DNA of 64,000 bases from NCBI GenBank assembly GCA_039915085.1, contig JBDSOC010000074.1, positions 108 through 64,107 on the forward strand. The letters run 5' to 3'. The DNA comes from Chitinophagaceae bacterium (lineage in GTDB: Bacteria; Bacteroidota; Bacteroidia; Chitinophagales; Chitinophagaceae). Shown here one piece after another: positions 9,073-18,076 of the stretch (positions are counted from its first letter, which is position 1; every line of letters starts with the position of its first letter). Under the pieces are notes generated by a model. The model saw only the letters and a list, made by a program, of their open reading frames with translations. It had not been told where the DNA came from and did no database searches. A program made the position numbers and the translations under genes.

Positions 9073-11610
9073 ATGAGATTTTTTTTATCTATCCTGTTCA
9101 TTATCATTTTTATTACCCAGGCAAAATCGCAAATTGATCCTGAAACGCAGCGTGGTGCCGATATCAATGCCCTGCAGATAAAAACAACCCGGTTATTTGG
9201 TAAGCTTACCGATTTAAAAACCAAAAAAGGTGTTGAAGCAGCTTCCGTACAACTTTTTATTGCAAAGAATGACAGCCTGGTAGGTGGTATGCTTACCAAA
9301 CCAAATGGCGATTTCAGCTTTTCAAACATTCCATCCGCAGATAGTTTTACGGTTGCCATTTCAGCCATTGGTTACGAACCGCGGAAACAAACAGTAAAGA
9401 CAGTTATTTTGAACAAAAATGCTGTTGCAAAATATGAAAAAGATTTGGGTAACATTGTGTTGACACCTGCTGTCAAACAACTTGAAAATGTAACCGTAAC
9501 CGCTAAAACGCCGGCACTTGAAATGGGCATCGATCGCAAAACATTTAATGTTGCCAAAAGTCTGACTGCCACTGGTGGAAGTGCTATAGATGTAATGAAA
9601 AATATCCCTTCTGTTTCTGTTGATATTGATGGAAATGTGAAACTGCGCAATGCCAGTCCGCAAATATTTGTAGATGGAAGGCCTTCGATTCTTACCCTTG
9701 ATCAAATACCCGCTGATAATATTGAGAAAGTAGAACTTATTACCAATCCTTCTGCCAAATATGATGCAGCTACATCTGGTGGTATCATAAATGTGGTATT
9801 GAAAAAGAATAAACGCAATGGTTTAAATGGCATTGCGTCTGTATCCGTTGGTTCTCCCAGTGTTGCAAATGGTAACCTTAACCTCAACCTCCGCCAGGGA
9901 AAAGTAAATCTATTTATTATTGGTGGTTATAACCAGGGTGGTGGTAAAAATAAAGGAGAAACAAAAAGAGAGAACAGAAGCAATGGTATTACACAGGATT
10001 ATTTTAACCAGTTGAGTGTTAATGATCGGGTACGCCGCTTCCGTTCACTGAGATTTGGTGTTGATTTTTTTATGGATAACCGCAATACCATCTCTGTCAT
10101 CCAGGATCTGGGTGCCGGACGTTTTACCAATAACGAAACACAAAACCAGGAATACCTGAACAGTAATAAAATTCAACAATATACAGGCGAACGTTTCAGT
10201 GAAGGCCGTTTTGGTTTTAACCGCAACAGTACCCGTGTCAATTACAAACATAGTTTCCCCGAAGCTGGTAAGGAACTAACTGCGGATCTGACTTATAATT
10301 ATGGCAGCCGTTCAGACAATTCCAACATTCTCAATAATTTTATGGATCCCAACGGTTCAATTTACAAGCCATCTACCCATGTACGTAATAATGGCAACAG
10401 CCACAATAACCAGTTTACTTTCCAGGCAGATTATGTTTACCCCAAGGGAGATGATACAAAATTTGAAACAGGCATACGCAGTTACCAGAATAAATTCAGC
10501 AGTTATTACAATGCTTTTTCGGTAGACAATGCTGGCGAAACAAAATTACCCCTGAGCAATAATTATGATTACACGGAAAACATTCACGCCATTTATGCTA
10601 CCTATTCAAAAAAATATGGTGGATTCTCTTACCAGTTAGGATTACGGGCTGAATATGCAAAGTTTACAGGGAACCTTGTGGACAGTGCTTTCAAATTTGG
10701 TTATGAATATCCTGCTGGTATAAAAAACACCTGGAATGCTTTGTTCCCCAGCTTATTTCTTACGCAAAAAATAAATGATAAAGACCAGGTACAACTGAAT
10801 TTTTCAAGGAGGATACGCAGGCCTGACTTCTGGCAACTAAACCCTTTTATAGACATCAGTGATCCGGTAAACTTACGGCAAGGCAATCCGCAATTAAAAC
10901 CTGAGTTTATCAATTCATTTGAGGTTAATTATAGTAAAACATATACTTCCGGTAATTTTCTTGGGGTGCTTTATCTGCACAATAACCCGGCAGATATTAC
11001 ACAGTACAGTGATACCATAACTGCTGAACAGTATACCCATTTGGCAAGTGCAGGAGTTGATCCCAATGCTATACTAAATACATTTATTAACGGAAGTGTC
11101 ACCAACCGCTGGGGCGCAGAATTTACGGTGCAGCAAAAACTGGGAAACAATTTTGATATTACGCCTACAGCGAATTTCCAGTACAGAACAGTGAAAGCGG
11201 CGGTTAACGGACTTGATCTCAGTAATAATGGATTTAACTGGATGGGAAAACTGATTGTTAATTATAAAATAGTAACAAAAAAATACCCGTTATTTAATAA
11301 CCTTAGTTTCCAGTTATCGGGCGATTATGAATCGCCGGAAGTAATTCCGCAAGGAAAAACAAAATCTGAATTTGATTCCGATTTTGCTATGCGCAAAGAT
11401 TTTTTAAAAAACAATAAAGCTACCATCACGTTTGGCATTAATGATATATTTAATACACAACGCTGGGGTAATATTTATGATACCCCTTCTTTTTACCAGG
11501 ATTCATACCGGAGGTGGAGTATAAGAACATTCCGTATCAGCTTCAGCTATAAGTTTGGCAAAGCAGATTTTTCTTTACTTAACCGTAAAGACAAGAGTAA
11601 TGATGATTAA
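9073..11610 (+). CDS. TonB-dependent-receptor-like outer membrane beta-barrel protein with N-terminal carboxypeptidase-regulatory-like domain
   Basis: The signal peptide MRFFLSILFIIIFITQAKSQ is why I chose the internal ATG at 9073 over the ORF-track start at 9040. A plug-like segment (GGSAIDVMKNIPSVSVDIDGNVKLRN) is followed by a long beta-strand-rich region ending in an aromatic-rich barrel. Confidence 0.75.
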   Translation: MRFFLSILFIIIFITQAKSQIDPETQRGADINALQIKTTRLFGKLTDLKTKKGVEAASVQLFIAKNDSLVGGMLTKPNGDFSFSNIPSADSFTVAISAIGYEPRKQTVKTVILNKNAVAKYEKDLGNIVLTPAVKQLENVTVTAKTPALEMGIDRKTFNVAKSLTATGGSAIDVMKNIPSVSVDIDGNVKLRNASPQIFVDGRPSILTLDQIPADNIEKVELITNPSAKYDAATSGGIINVVLKKNKRNGLNGIASVSVGSPSVANGNLNLNLRQGKVNLFIIGGYNQGGGKNKGETKRENRSNGITQDYFNQLSVNDRVRRFRSLRFGVDFFMDNRNTISVIQDLGAGRFTNNETQNQEYLNSNKIQQYTGERFSEGRFGFNRNSTRVNYKHSFPEAGKELTADLTYNYGSRSDNSNILNNFMDPNGSIYKPSTHVRNNGNSHNNQFTFQADYVYPKGDDTKFETGIRSYQNKFSSYYNAFSVDNAGETKLPLSNNYDYTENIHAIYATYSKKYGGFSYQLGLRAEYAKFTGNLVDSAFKFGYEYPAGIKNTWNALFPSLFLTQKINDKDQVQLNFSRRIRRPDFWQLNPFIDISDPVNLRQGNPQLKPEFINSFEVNYSKTYTSGNFLGVLYLHNNPADITQYSDTITAEQYTHLASAGVDPNAILNTFINGSVTNRWGAEFTVQQKLGNNFDITPTANFQYRTVKAAVNGLDLSNNGFNWMGKLIVNYKIVTKKYPLFNNLSFQLSGDYESPEVIPQGKTKSEFDSDFAMRKDFLKNNKATITFGINDIFNTQRWGNIYDTPSFYQDSYRRWSIRTFRISFSYKFGKADFSLLNRKDKSNDD

Positions 11611-11646
11611 TAAATGATGGCCCATGATGGGCGGTTATATCTGCAC

Positions 11647-14472
11647 TTATTTTGTCAGCATAAGCCGCATTGTTTTATTTACCTGTCCAGTTTCTGCATG
11701 CAATATATACAACCCGTTGCTGTATCCCGGTGGTAAAGCAATATTCAGCTGATTGATCCCTCCCTGGATTACTATAGTCTGATGCATTAACTCTTTACCG
11801 GAAAGATCTACCAGGGACAGCTTCAGATTAGCTGATTTTTCCACGGCAATCTGCAGCGGAATATTTCCGGTGACAGGATTGTTCATTAAACGGATATAAT
11901 TACTGCGGCTGCTATTAGCCTTCAGTACAATTATGCTGCTGTAAAAAGAATTTCCTGCAATACCTGTTATTTTAATACGGTAATACAATACGGGTTCTTC
12001 ACTTGTGTCTTTCAATTGATAAGTATTGCCTGCGCCGCCAATACCGTCAACAGCACTTATCTGATCAAAATGCAATCCATCTGTACTTCTTTGCACATCA
12101 AACTTGTCTCCTTTGTCTTCACCGGCAGTAACCCATTGCAATGTTGAAATTGATTTATCACGGTTACCAGAAAACGAAATTAATTTTATTGGCAGGGCCA
12201 CTGATTGCAAACCGACTTTTAATCCATTTCCAAAACTTGTTACCCAAATTTCTGTTGGATTAAAAGGATTAAAGAAAACCCTTTCAGGTTGCCTGAACGG
12301 ATAATTGCTGACCTGTGACCATGAAGGCGTAGTGTTATTGATATTGCTGCTTATCCATAACCCCTGGGTTTCTGTAGTCAGGTATGCCTCGTTATTTATA
12401 GAGGGGTTGAATGTAATAGATGTAACCCGGTCGAACTGTGTGCCTGTAAGTTTGGTCCAGGAAGCACCACGGTTTGTTGTTCTGAATAAACCGCCTTTTC
12501 CATTTGGCGCGCCGCCCCATCCGCTGAACACTGCCACGTACCAGGTGTTTTGCGTTGGATCTGAAGGATCAATAACAATATCTTTTGTCCAGTATTGCAT
12601 ATCTGTATGCGAAATATCTGTCCATGCAGTGGCTACCGGATCGTAGATAAATACGCCCGAACTTGCAGTGAATACACCACCGCTTGTCCTCCTGCCGGAG
12701 AAAGTACAGACCATCTTTCCATCATTCAATACAACAATAGTTGCAGGATGCCCTTGCGTGCGCGGGGGATTGGCAAGTTTTGTCCAGACAGAAGTTCCCA
12801 GGTTATTCAAATCATTGGTTATCCAGATACCGCCCTGCCCGCTGCCACCACTGTAGTCTATAACGCTTGCGTACATACGATTTGTATTATTGGGATCCGT
12901 TGCTACCCAGAACACAGGGTGCCCAAACTGGTGCAGTAGCTGCCATGCTGCGCCATTATTGGTTGAGTATATAATTCTGCCGCCAGGATCCCCGGCATCC
13001 AGCAGGTTATCCTGCAGGCGGGTGCTCTGGTACATATCATGTATGCCAGAAGTTGCGGCAAACATAGTTGTACCGGTGGCATGCTTTGCAATACGGTACA
13101 TGCTGTTAATGGTATGGCCTGTATAATCAAAGCCCCATGTACTGCCGCCGTCTTTACTTCTTATTCCATTGATATCTGAAAAGCAGGCAAACATATTATT
13201 TGCATCCTGCCAGTGTACTTGCCATACCGTAGTATTTTCCAATCCTATACTATGGTAATATTGTTTTGCCGGCGTAGCTGCATTTGCCGGATGTTCGTCC
13301 GCCGTATTTACATATGCCTGTTCCCAACTGGCGCCGCCGTCACTTGTTTTATGAACAAAGCCAAAGTCGCCAAACAGGACTTTATTCGCATTATTTGGCG
13401 CTACGCTGATACCAAAACAAGCTTCACCATAACCCCAGGAGCGATCACCATTCTGACCCGACCAGCCGGTGCGTATATTCTGGTTATTAGCCGTTAAAAA
13501 AATTTTGCTCCAGTTGCTGCCGGCATTGCTTGTTTTAATAACACTGTTACCTCCTGTAGTATTATCGTTTCCCCCCAGGTAAACGGTATTGATATCATTG
13601 CGTGCCATGCCCACATACATCATCAAATCATTGGTGATATTTATTCCGTTCATTTTCTGTGTCCATACATTGGTACCTGCATCCAGTGAATAGACACCTG
13701 TTGCAATTCCATATTCCCAGGGAAAAATACCATTGTATATATCACCGGCATCTGCACTAATGCAAAAAAACCTCGTTACAGCACCAACCTTTGCGCCCGC
13801 GAAAGAAAAAATCGCTTCAGATGCAGGCATACCTGTTACAGATAGTTTTGCAAACGAGCTACCGCCATTAGCAGAATATAAAATGCCCTCATTGGTTCCG
13901 ATATAAATATCATTGCCATCAAAGAAAACGCCCCCAACTGTAATACCTGCACCAGCATTTGCGGCTGTCCATACCAGTGAAAAATTAATCCCAAAATTAT
14001 TTGATAAATACAATGCACCGTAATAACCCAGTAATATCCTGCCGGGGTTTGCATAATCTGCTTTTAAAGCATATATGTCCTCTCCGTCCAGCGGATTTCC
14101 TGGCAAAGCATTCCAGGTGGTGCCGCCATCAATTGTCCTCACGCCATAATTGATATTTCCGTCATTGGCAATGCAGTAGGCAGTGCTGCTGTTACTGGTA
14201 AATTCATAGGTGGAAATATTACCTGTCTGTAATTTTGTGAATGGTACCTGTGTATAACTGGCTCCAAAATCTGTACTGTGAAAAAGCTGGCTCATATCAC
14301 AGGTTACATAGAACTCGTTGTCGTTTGCAGGATTAATAGTGGGGTAAAACATGCTTCCACCCCCGCCAACTCCACGGGGCTGCCAGTTTGATGGCTGCGC
14401 TGCACAAAAAAATACGACGGATATAAAAAGAAATAGAAAGGGAAGTGAATACAGCGGCAATACTCTTTTCAT
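11647..14472 (-). CDS. BNR/Asp-box repeat double beta-propeller protein (GH74-like) with T9SS C-terminal sorting domain
   Basis: After the signal peptide comes a GVGGGGSMFYP start. Asp-box motifs recur (TIDGGTTW, TSDGGASW, SKDGGSTW, TNNGAAW, TNRGASW). The C-terminal ~80 aa resemble a type A T9SS CTD (..SLVDLSGKELMHQTIVIQGGINQLNIALPPGYSNGLYILHAE..). Confidence 0.7.
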   Translation of the reverse strand: MKRVLPLYSLPFLFLFISVVFFCAAQPSNWQPRGVGGGGSMFYPTINPANDNEFYVTCDMSQLFHSTDFGASYTQVPFTKLQTGNISTYEFTSNSSTAYCIANDGNINYGVRTIDGGTTWNALPGNPLDGEDIYALKADYANPGRILLGYYGALYLSNNFGINFSLVWTAANAGAGITVGGVFFDGNDIYIGTNEGILYSANGGSSFAKLSVTGMPASEAIFSFAGAKVGAVTRFFCISADAGDIYNGIFPWEYGIATGVYSLDAGTNVWTQKMNGINITNDLMMYVGMARNDINTVYLGGNDNTTGGNSVIKTSNAGSNWSKIFLTANNQNIRTGWSGQNGDRSWGYGEACFGISVAPNNANKVLFGDFGFVHKTSDGGASWEQAYVNTADEHPANAATPAKQYYHSIGLENTTVWQVHWQDANNMFACFSDINGIRSKDGGSTWGFDYTGHTINSMYRIAKHATGTTMFAATSGIHDMYQSTRLQDNLLDAGDPGGRIIYSTNNGAAWQLLHQFGHPVFWVATDPNNTNRMYASVIDYSGGSGQGGIWITNDLNNLGTSVWTKLANPPRTQGHPATIVVLNDGKMVCTFSGRRTSGGVFTASSGVFIYDPVATAWTDISHTDMQYWTKDIVIDPSDPTQNTWYVAVFSGWGGAPNGKGGLFRTTNRGASWTKLTGTQFDRVTSITFNPSINNEAYLTTETQGLWISSNINNTTPSWSQVSNYPFRQPERVFFNPFNPTEIWVTSFGNGLKVGLQSVALPIKLISFSGNRDKSISTLQWVTAGEDKGDKFDVQRSTDGLHFDQISAVDGIGGAGNTYQLKDTSEEPVLYYRIKITGIAGNSFYSSIIVLKANSSRSNYIRLMNNPVTGNIPLQIAVEKSANLKLSLVDLSGKELMHQTIVIQGGINQLNIALPPGYSNGLYILHAETGQVNKTMRLMLTK

Positions 14473-14630
14473 AAGAAGCAGTTTTCAATAAGAAATCAGA
14501 TATACATGATGTATGCAAAAATTTTGCCATCATATCCATGGTCCTGATTATGGGTATTTCTACCTGTAACATACAGGAAAATGAGAGGGGTTATATATTA
14601 TGTACAGCTAAAGCGCAAACCCTGGGCAGG

Positions 14631-14661
14631 GCATAAAATATGCCCGCACAGGCGGGCATAT
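14631..14661 (-). terminator. rho-independent terminator after the GH88/105 gene
   Basis: A perfect 10-bp stem, atatgcccgc / gcgggcatat, has the loop acag. On the minus strand it is followed by TTTTAT. Confidence 0.65.
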
Positions 14662-14705
14662 AATAAATGCAATCCGTAATTTATTTGTTTCTTATCTATC
14701 GGTTA

Positions 14706-15842
14706 TTAAAACTTCAATTTATACAATTCACTACCAGCTAATAAGAAAGCGCCTATTCCGTAAGTATCGGTACTATTAATGTCTACCTTATCAGGTGCGC
14801 CCCCAATTGGCTGTACGTTACCTAATTTGCCATCCTCGTGTACTGCATCCACCAATGCCTTCCAGGCTTTTATGGCTGCAGGCAAATAAGTTTTTTTATC
14901 AAGTATTTTATGATTGATGCCCCATAAAATGGAGTAAGTATAAAATCCTGTTCCGCTTGTTTCTTTAATTGGATAACTTTCCGGATCAAGCAAAGATGCA
15001 TGCCAGCTGCCATCTGCCTGTTGCAGGCTCACAACCCTCACCATCATATCTTTATACAATCTTATAAATCTTGCCCGGTCGGGATAATTATTTGGCATAT
15101 TTTCCAATACACGTACAAGGCCTGCTGTTACCCAGCCATTGCCTCTCGACCAAAAAACTTTCTGCCCGTTTTTTTCTTTTTTGTCAAGATAACTGCCATC
15201 CCTGAAATAAAGGTGTTCGGTAGAGTCATATAGATAATCAGTGGTTTTCCACCAGAGCTTAGTGGCAATGCCGAGGTATTTTTTATCTGCAGTAACAGTA
15301 GAAAGGTAGCTTAAAGAAGTGGGTGCCATAAACAATGCGTCGCACCAGGCCCATTCACGGTTTGAGATACCGTTTTTCCATTCCAGCGATTCGGTATGCG
15401 GTTGCTGTACAATGCTGTCTGCCAGTTGCCGGAAAGGCGCAATCATTTTTTCATCTTTGTACACTGCATATAGTTTACAATAAAATTGCCCCACACAATA
15501 ATCGTCTGCCATAAACCTTCTTGCCCCGGTGTTCCAACTCAGATCGTTACCAATACCAATCAGAAATTTTTCATATTTTTTGTCTTTGCTGATGCCTGAC
15601 AGTTCCATAAGGCCGGCATAGGCAGCTGCATAGGTCCAGTCGTATTTGCGTCTTTTAAATCCCCCGGTATCCCAGTTATTCAGTTGCCAGCCGGCAACTT
15701 TTTGCATAATGGCCAGTACATTTGCTGGCTGGAGGCTTGCATCGTCAGAAACTTTTTGTGCGGTGGTTGTGAATGCCATCCCAGTGGCAATAAAAAAGGT
15801 TGTATACTTTTTAAGAAGGCAAACAATCATTGATCTTTTCAT
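14706..15842 (-). CDS. glycoside hydrolase family 88/105 (unsaturated glucuronyl/rhamnogalacturonyl hydrolase-like)
   Basis: There is a signal peptide. The motifs WSRGNGW and the DGSWHASLLDP region are typical of the YteR/UGL (alpha/alpha)6 family. Confidence 0.8.
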   Translation of the reverse strand: MKRSMIVCLLKKYTTFFIATGMAFTTTAQKVSDDASLQPANVLAIMQKVAGWQLNNWDTGGFKRRKYDWTYAAAYAGLMELSGISKDKKYEKFLIGIGNDLSWNTGARRFMADDYCVGQFYCKLYAVYKDEKMIAPFRQLADSIVQQPHTESLEWKNGISNREWAWCDALFMAPTSLSYLSTVTADKKYLGIATKLWWKTTDYLYDSTEHLYFRDGSYLDKKEKNGQKVFWSRGNGWVTAGLVRVLENMPNNYPDRARFIRLYKDMMVRVVSLQQADGSWHASLLDPESYPIKETSGTGFYTYSILWGINHKILDKKTYLPAAIKAWKALVDAVHEDGKLGNVQPIGGAPDKVDINSTDTYGIGAFLLAGSELYKLKF

Positions 15843-16021
15843 TACTAAGCAGATTTAACTACTACGAATGTAATGATTTCTGATTGTGGGATTACCGGAT
15901 TCTGAAATTTCATGATTAATTTTTCGGGATCCCTGATTTCGAAATGCAGAGATTTAAGATATTCCCTTGTTGATGCCTATAATGCAATCACCAAATCACA
16001 CAACTCAAAATCAGCAATTGC

Positions 16022-16180
16022 TTATAAAGCGAATCTTCTCTGCACCCTGCTTCTTTTCTGGCGCTGAATATTCCATACATCGGCTGCACTTATCATTTTA
16101 CTGCGTGTATGTATAAATACGGCTGACAATGTTTCTTTTATTTCTTTTGAAATTTGGGTATTTAATAATTGTGTTTTCAT
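16022..16180 (-). CDS. mini-protein P1 (52 aa), unknown family: MKTQLLNTQISKEIKETLSAVFIHTRSKMISAADVWNIQRQKRSRVQRRFAL
   Basis: It is one of three tandem paralogs. The internal ATG of the 62-aa track ORF was chosen because all three copies start MKT at the same place relative to a conserved upstream spacer. Synonymous differences between copies support translation. Confidence 0.6.
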   Translation of the reverse strand: MKTQLLNTQISKEIKETLSAVFIHTRSKMISAADVWNIQRQKRSRVQRRFAL

Positions 16181-16258
16181 GACTAATTTTTTTATGTTTA
16201 TGTTTTTCAAATGTTGATGGTGACCTCACCTCAAAAGGAAAGGGGAATAATCGATTTT

Positions 16259-16417
16259 TTATAAAGCGAATCTTCTCTGCGCCCTGCTTCTTTTCTGGCG
16301 CTGAATATTCCATACATCTGCTGCGCTTATCATTTTACTGCGTGTATGTGTAAATACTGCAGACAATGTTTCTTTTATTTCTTTTGAAATTTGGGTATTT
16401 AATATTAGTGTTTTCAT
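16259..16417 (-). CDS. mini-protein P2 (52 aa), paralog of P1: MKTLILNTQISKEIKETLSAVFTHTRSKMISAADVWNIQRQKRSRAQRRFAL
   Basis: It is absent from the ORF track because it is under 60 aa, so I translated it by hand. Compared with P1 it has 4 synonymous and 4 replacement codon changes, and the frame is intact. Confidence 0.6.
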   Translation of the reverse strand: MKTLILNTQISKEIKETLSAVFTHTRSKMISAADVWNIQRQKRSRAQRRFAL

Positions 16418-16494
16418 GACTAATTTTTTTATGTGTATGTTTTTAAATGTTGATTGTGAACTAACCCCAAAAGAAGAGACGAATAATCAATTTT

Positions 16495-16683
16495 TTATAA
16501 AGCAAATCTTCTCTGCACCCTGGCTCTTTTCTGGCGCTGAATGTTCCAAACTTCTGCCGCTGTAAATTTTTTGGCAAATGGTAAGCTGATATCTGTAGCA
16601 AGGGTTTCTTTCACTTCTGTTGTAAGGCTCATTAACCGGGTTTTGCTGATTGCGTTAAATAAGCCGGTGGTTTGCGTTTTCAT
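16495..16683 (-). CDS. mini-protein P3 (62 aa), divergent paralog: MKTQTTGLFNAISKTRLMSLTTEVKETLATDISLPFAKKFTAAEVWNIQRQKRARVQRRFAL
   Basis: It uses the internal ATG of the 104-aa track ORF. It shares the MKT start, the (I/V)KETL(S/A) motif and the C-terminal 21 aa with P1 and P2. In that tail there are 5 synonymous and 2 conservative replacement codons relative to P1. Confidence 0.6.
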   Translation of the reverse strand: MKTQTTGLFNAISKTRLMSLTTEVKETLATDISLPFAKKFTAAEVWNIQRQKRARVQRRFAL

Positions 16684-16774
16684 GATAAATCTTTTTATGT
16701 TTTTAAAAAATTTGTGTTTTCTGTCTTTTTTGAGCTGGAGACTTTTTTTTATCTCTTTTGCTACCTTGACAACA

Positions 16775-16782
16775 CAAAGATA
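16775..16782 (-). promoter_or_regulatory. candidate Bacteroidota -7 box (TATCTTTG) upstream of the mini-gene array
   Basis: The minus strand reads TATCTTTG, which matches TAnnTTTG. It lies ~92 nt upstream of the P3 ATG, and a GTTG sits 19 nt further upstream. This is a motif match only. Confidence 0.3.
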
Positions 16783-17067
16783 GACAAATAATAGTACTAT
16801 GCAACACAAAGTACTTACTTTTTATTAGTTCTGATAACAGGCAGCTACCATTTATAAGGTATCATTCAATACAGTAAAGGGTTTCAGAGAATTTTTCAAT
16901 TTTACCAGTTTCCAAAAAACTCGGTAAACGGCTTTTTTCAGGGTGCGAACGGTAGCGTTTTCCTGTAATTTCTTATGATTTTCACCAAATAAGGAGGGTT
17001 CATCCGTCCTTTACCTGGCTTGATAACTTTTAAACCAGCCGGTCAAAATTGCTCACTTATTTAAAAA

Positions 17068-17110
17068 GTAAAACCTCCTGCGCATTACCGGAGGAGGTTT
17101 TACTGAAAAA
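17068..17110 (-). terminator. rho-independent terminator after the interrupted lipoprotein gene
   Basis: An 11-bp stem, gtaaaacctcc / ggaggttttac, is followed on the minus strand by TTTTTAA. Confidence 0.7.
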
Positions 17111-17117
17111 TCAATGT

Positions 17118-17876
17118 TTACTCATATTCAAACTTGATTTGGGCTGTTCCGCCATTAGAAGTGGGCACATAACCACCGGCATCGTAAGTATATTGAGTGG
17201 TAATGGCTTTGTCAAATTGTGACCCCGGAAAATCAAAAGCCATAGAAAGTAATTCGTTTTTAGCTACAAACTGCAATGAAAAACCCGCCTGGTCTAATAT
17301 ATATTTAGAAACTACAGGGAAAACAGGTTTCTTACTGCCGTAACCGAAGCTGGCGGTATAACCGGTGTTGGCACTGCTCACTTTTGACAGGTTGCCATTA
17401 TTATAGGTAAGGTCAAAATCAGCACCATCTCCGGACAATTTAAATTGCAAATGTATTTTGGTTACCAGTTTGTTTGCTATTGTATAGGTCAGCAAATCAT
17501 CTTCAATCAAATCGCCTGGTTCACCAGCGGTTCTTTGCCAGCTCTTAAATGTCCCTGAAACAGGTGTATTATCAGTATAGGCGTATGTATAAATATTTTT
17601 GAAATCATCTTCGTTATCCTCCACTTTGACAAGATTGCCATTACCATCATAAGTAAAATTAATTCCCACTTTATTATCCGTGCTTTTATAAGAAGTCAGC
17701 CGCTAACTGCCATCATATAAAAAGTTAAATACCGTTGTGGTATTGTCTTCCTTTTTTGCCAGCTTCGTTAATAGTTTATCAGGTATAACCGGATCCGGTA
17801 CTACTGTTTTATCCTTTTTACATGATGCACATGAAAATACTGCCGCAGTGATTGCCAATAGAAAAAACTTTTTCAT
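17118..17876 (-). pseudogene. YD-repeat-like lipoprotein gene interrupted by an in-frame TAG
   Basis: The ATG at 17876 opens MKKFFLLAITAAVFSCASCKKD... (lipobox). The frame reads ...FNFLYDGS*RLTSYKSTDNKVGINFTYDGNGNLVKV..., with a single TAG at 17703-17705. The same frame then continues to 17118. Confidence 0.65.
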
Positions 17877-18076
17877 AAAAATAATTTGTCGGTTTAATTT
17901 AAAAATTTAATTCAGCTGCAATATTACACATGCATACAAACAGGTCATATACTGAATACCATGAACCGCTTAATGTGCTGTATGAATTGTAATAATGCGC
18001 CGTCGCCTGTGTATTCGCCGGTTATTTAAAGCATGAATAAGTATCTTTATCATAGTTATATTACTATTCAGCCAGC

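Larger units (their letters stand above)
16022..16810 (-). repeat. three tandem ~237-bp units (mini-gene plus ~78-nt homologous upstream spacer)
   Basis: Units 16022-16258 and 16259-16494 are near-identical. The third unit (16495 onward) keeps the 3' ~66 nt of the CDS and the ~35 nt just upstream of the ATG. Confidence 0.85.

Noticed and set aside
537-15842. Is the cluster of GH26, GH2, the GH74-like protein, GH88/105 and a TonB-dependent-receptor-like gene a polysaccharide utilisation locus?
   Set aside because: There is no SusD-like lipoprotein and no SusC-type receptor with an adjacent SusD. No hybrid two-component or ECF/anti-sigma regulator is present. The GH genes are interspersed with unrelated genes on both strands, so I treat them as scattered CAZymes.
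16098-16313. 71-aa minus-strand ORF spanning the junction of mini-gene units 1 and 2
   Set aside because: It is in a different frame from the conserved peptides, crosses the spacer, and has no counterpart at the unit 2/3 junction. It is most likely an artefact of the AT-rich repeat.
16022-16810. Could the ~237-bp tandem repeats be a CRISPR array or a minisatellite?
   Set aside because: The units are far longer than CRISPR repeats, and there are no unique spacers of regular size. Each unit contains an intact ORF whose differences between copies are biased to synonymous sites. I therefore treated the region as tandem gene duplication.
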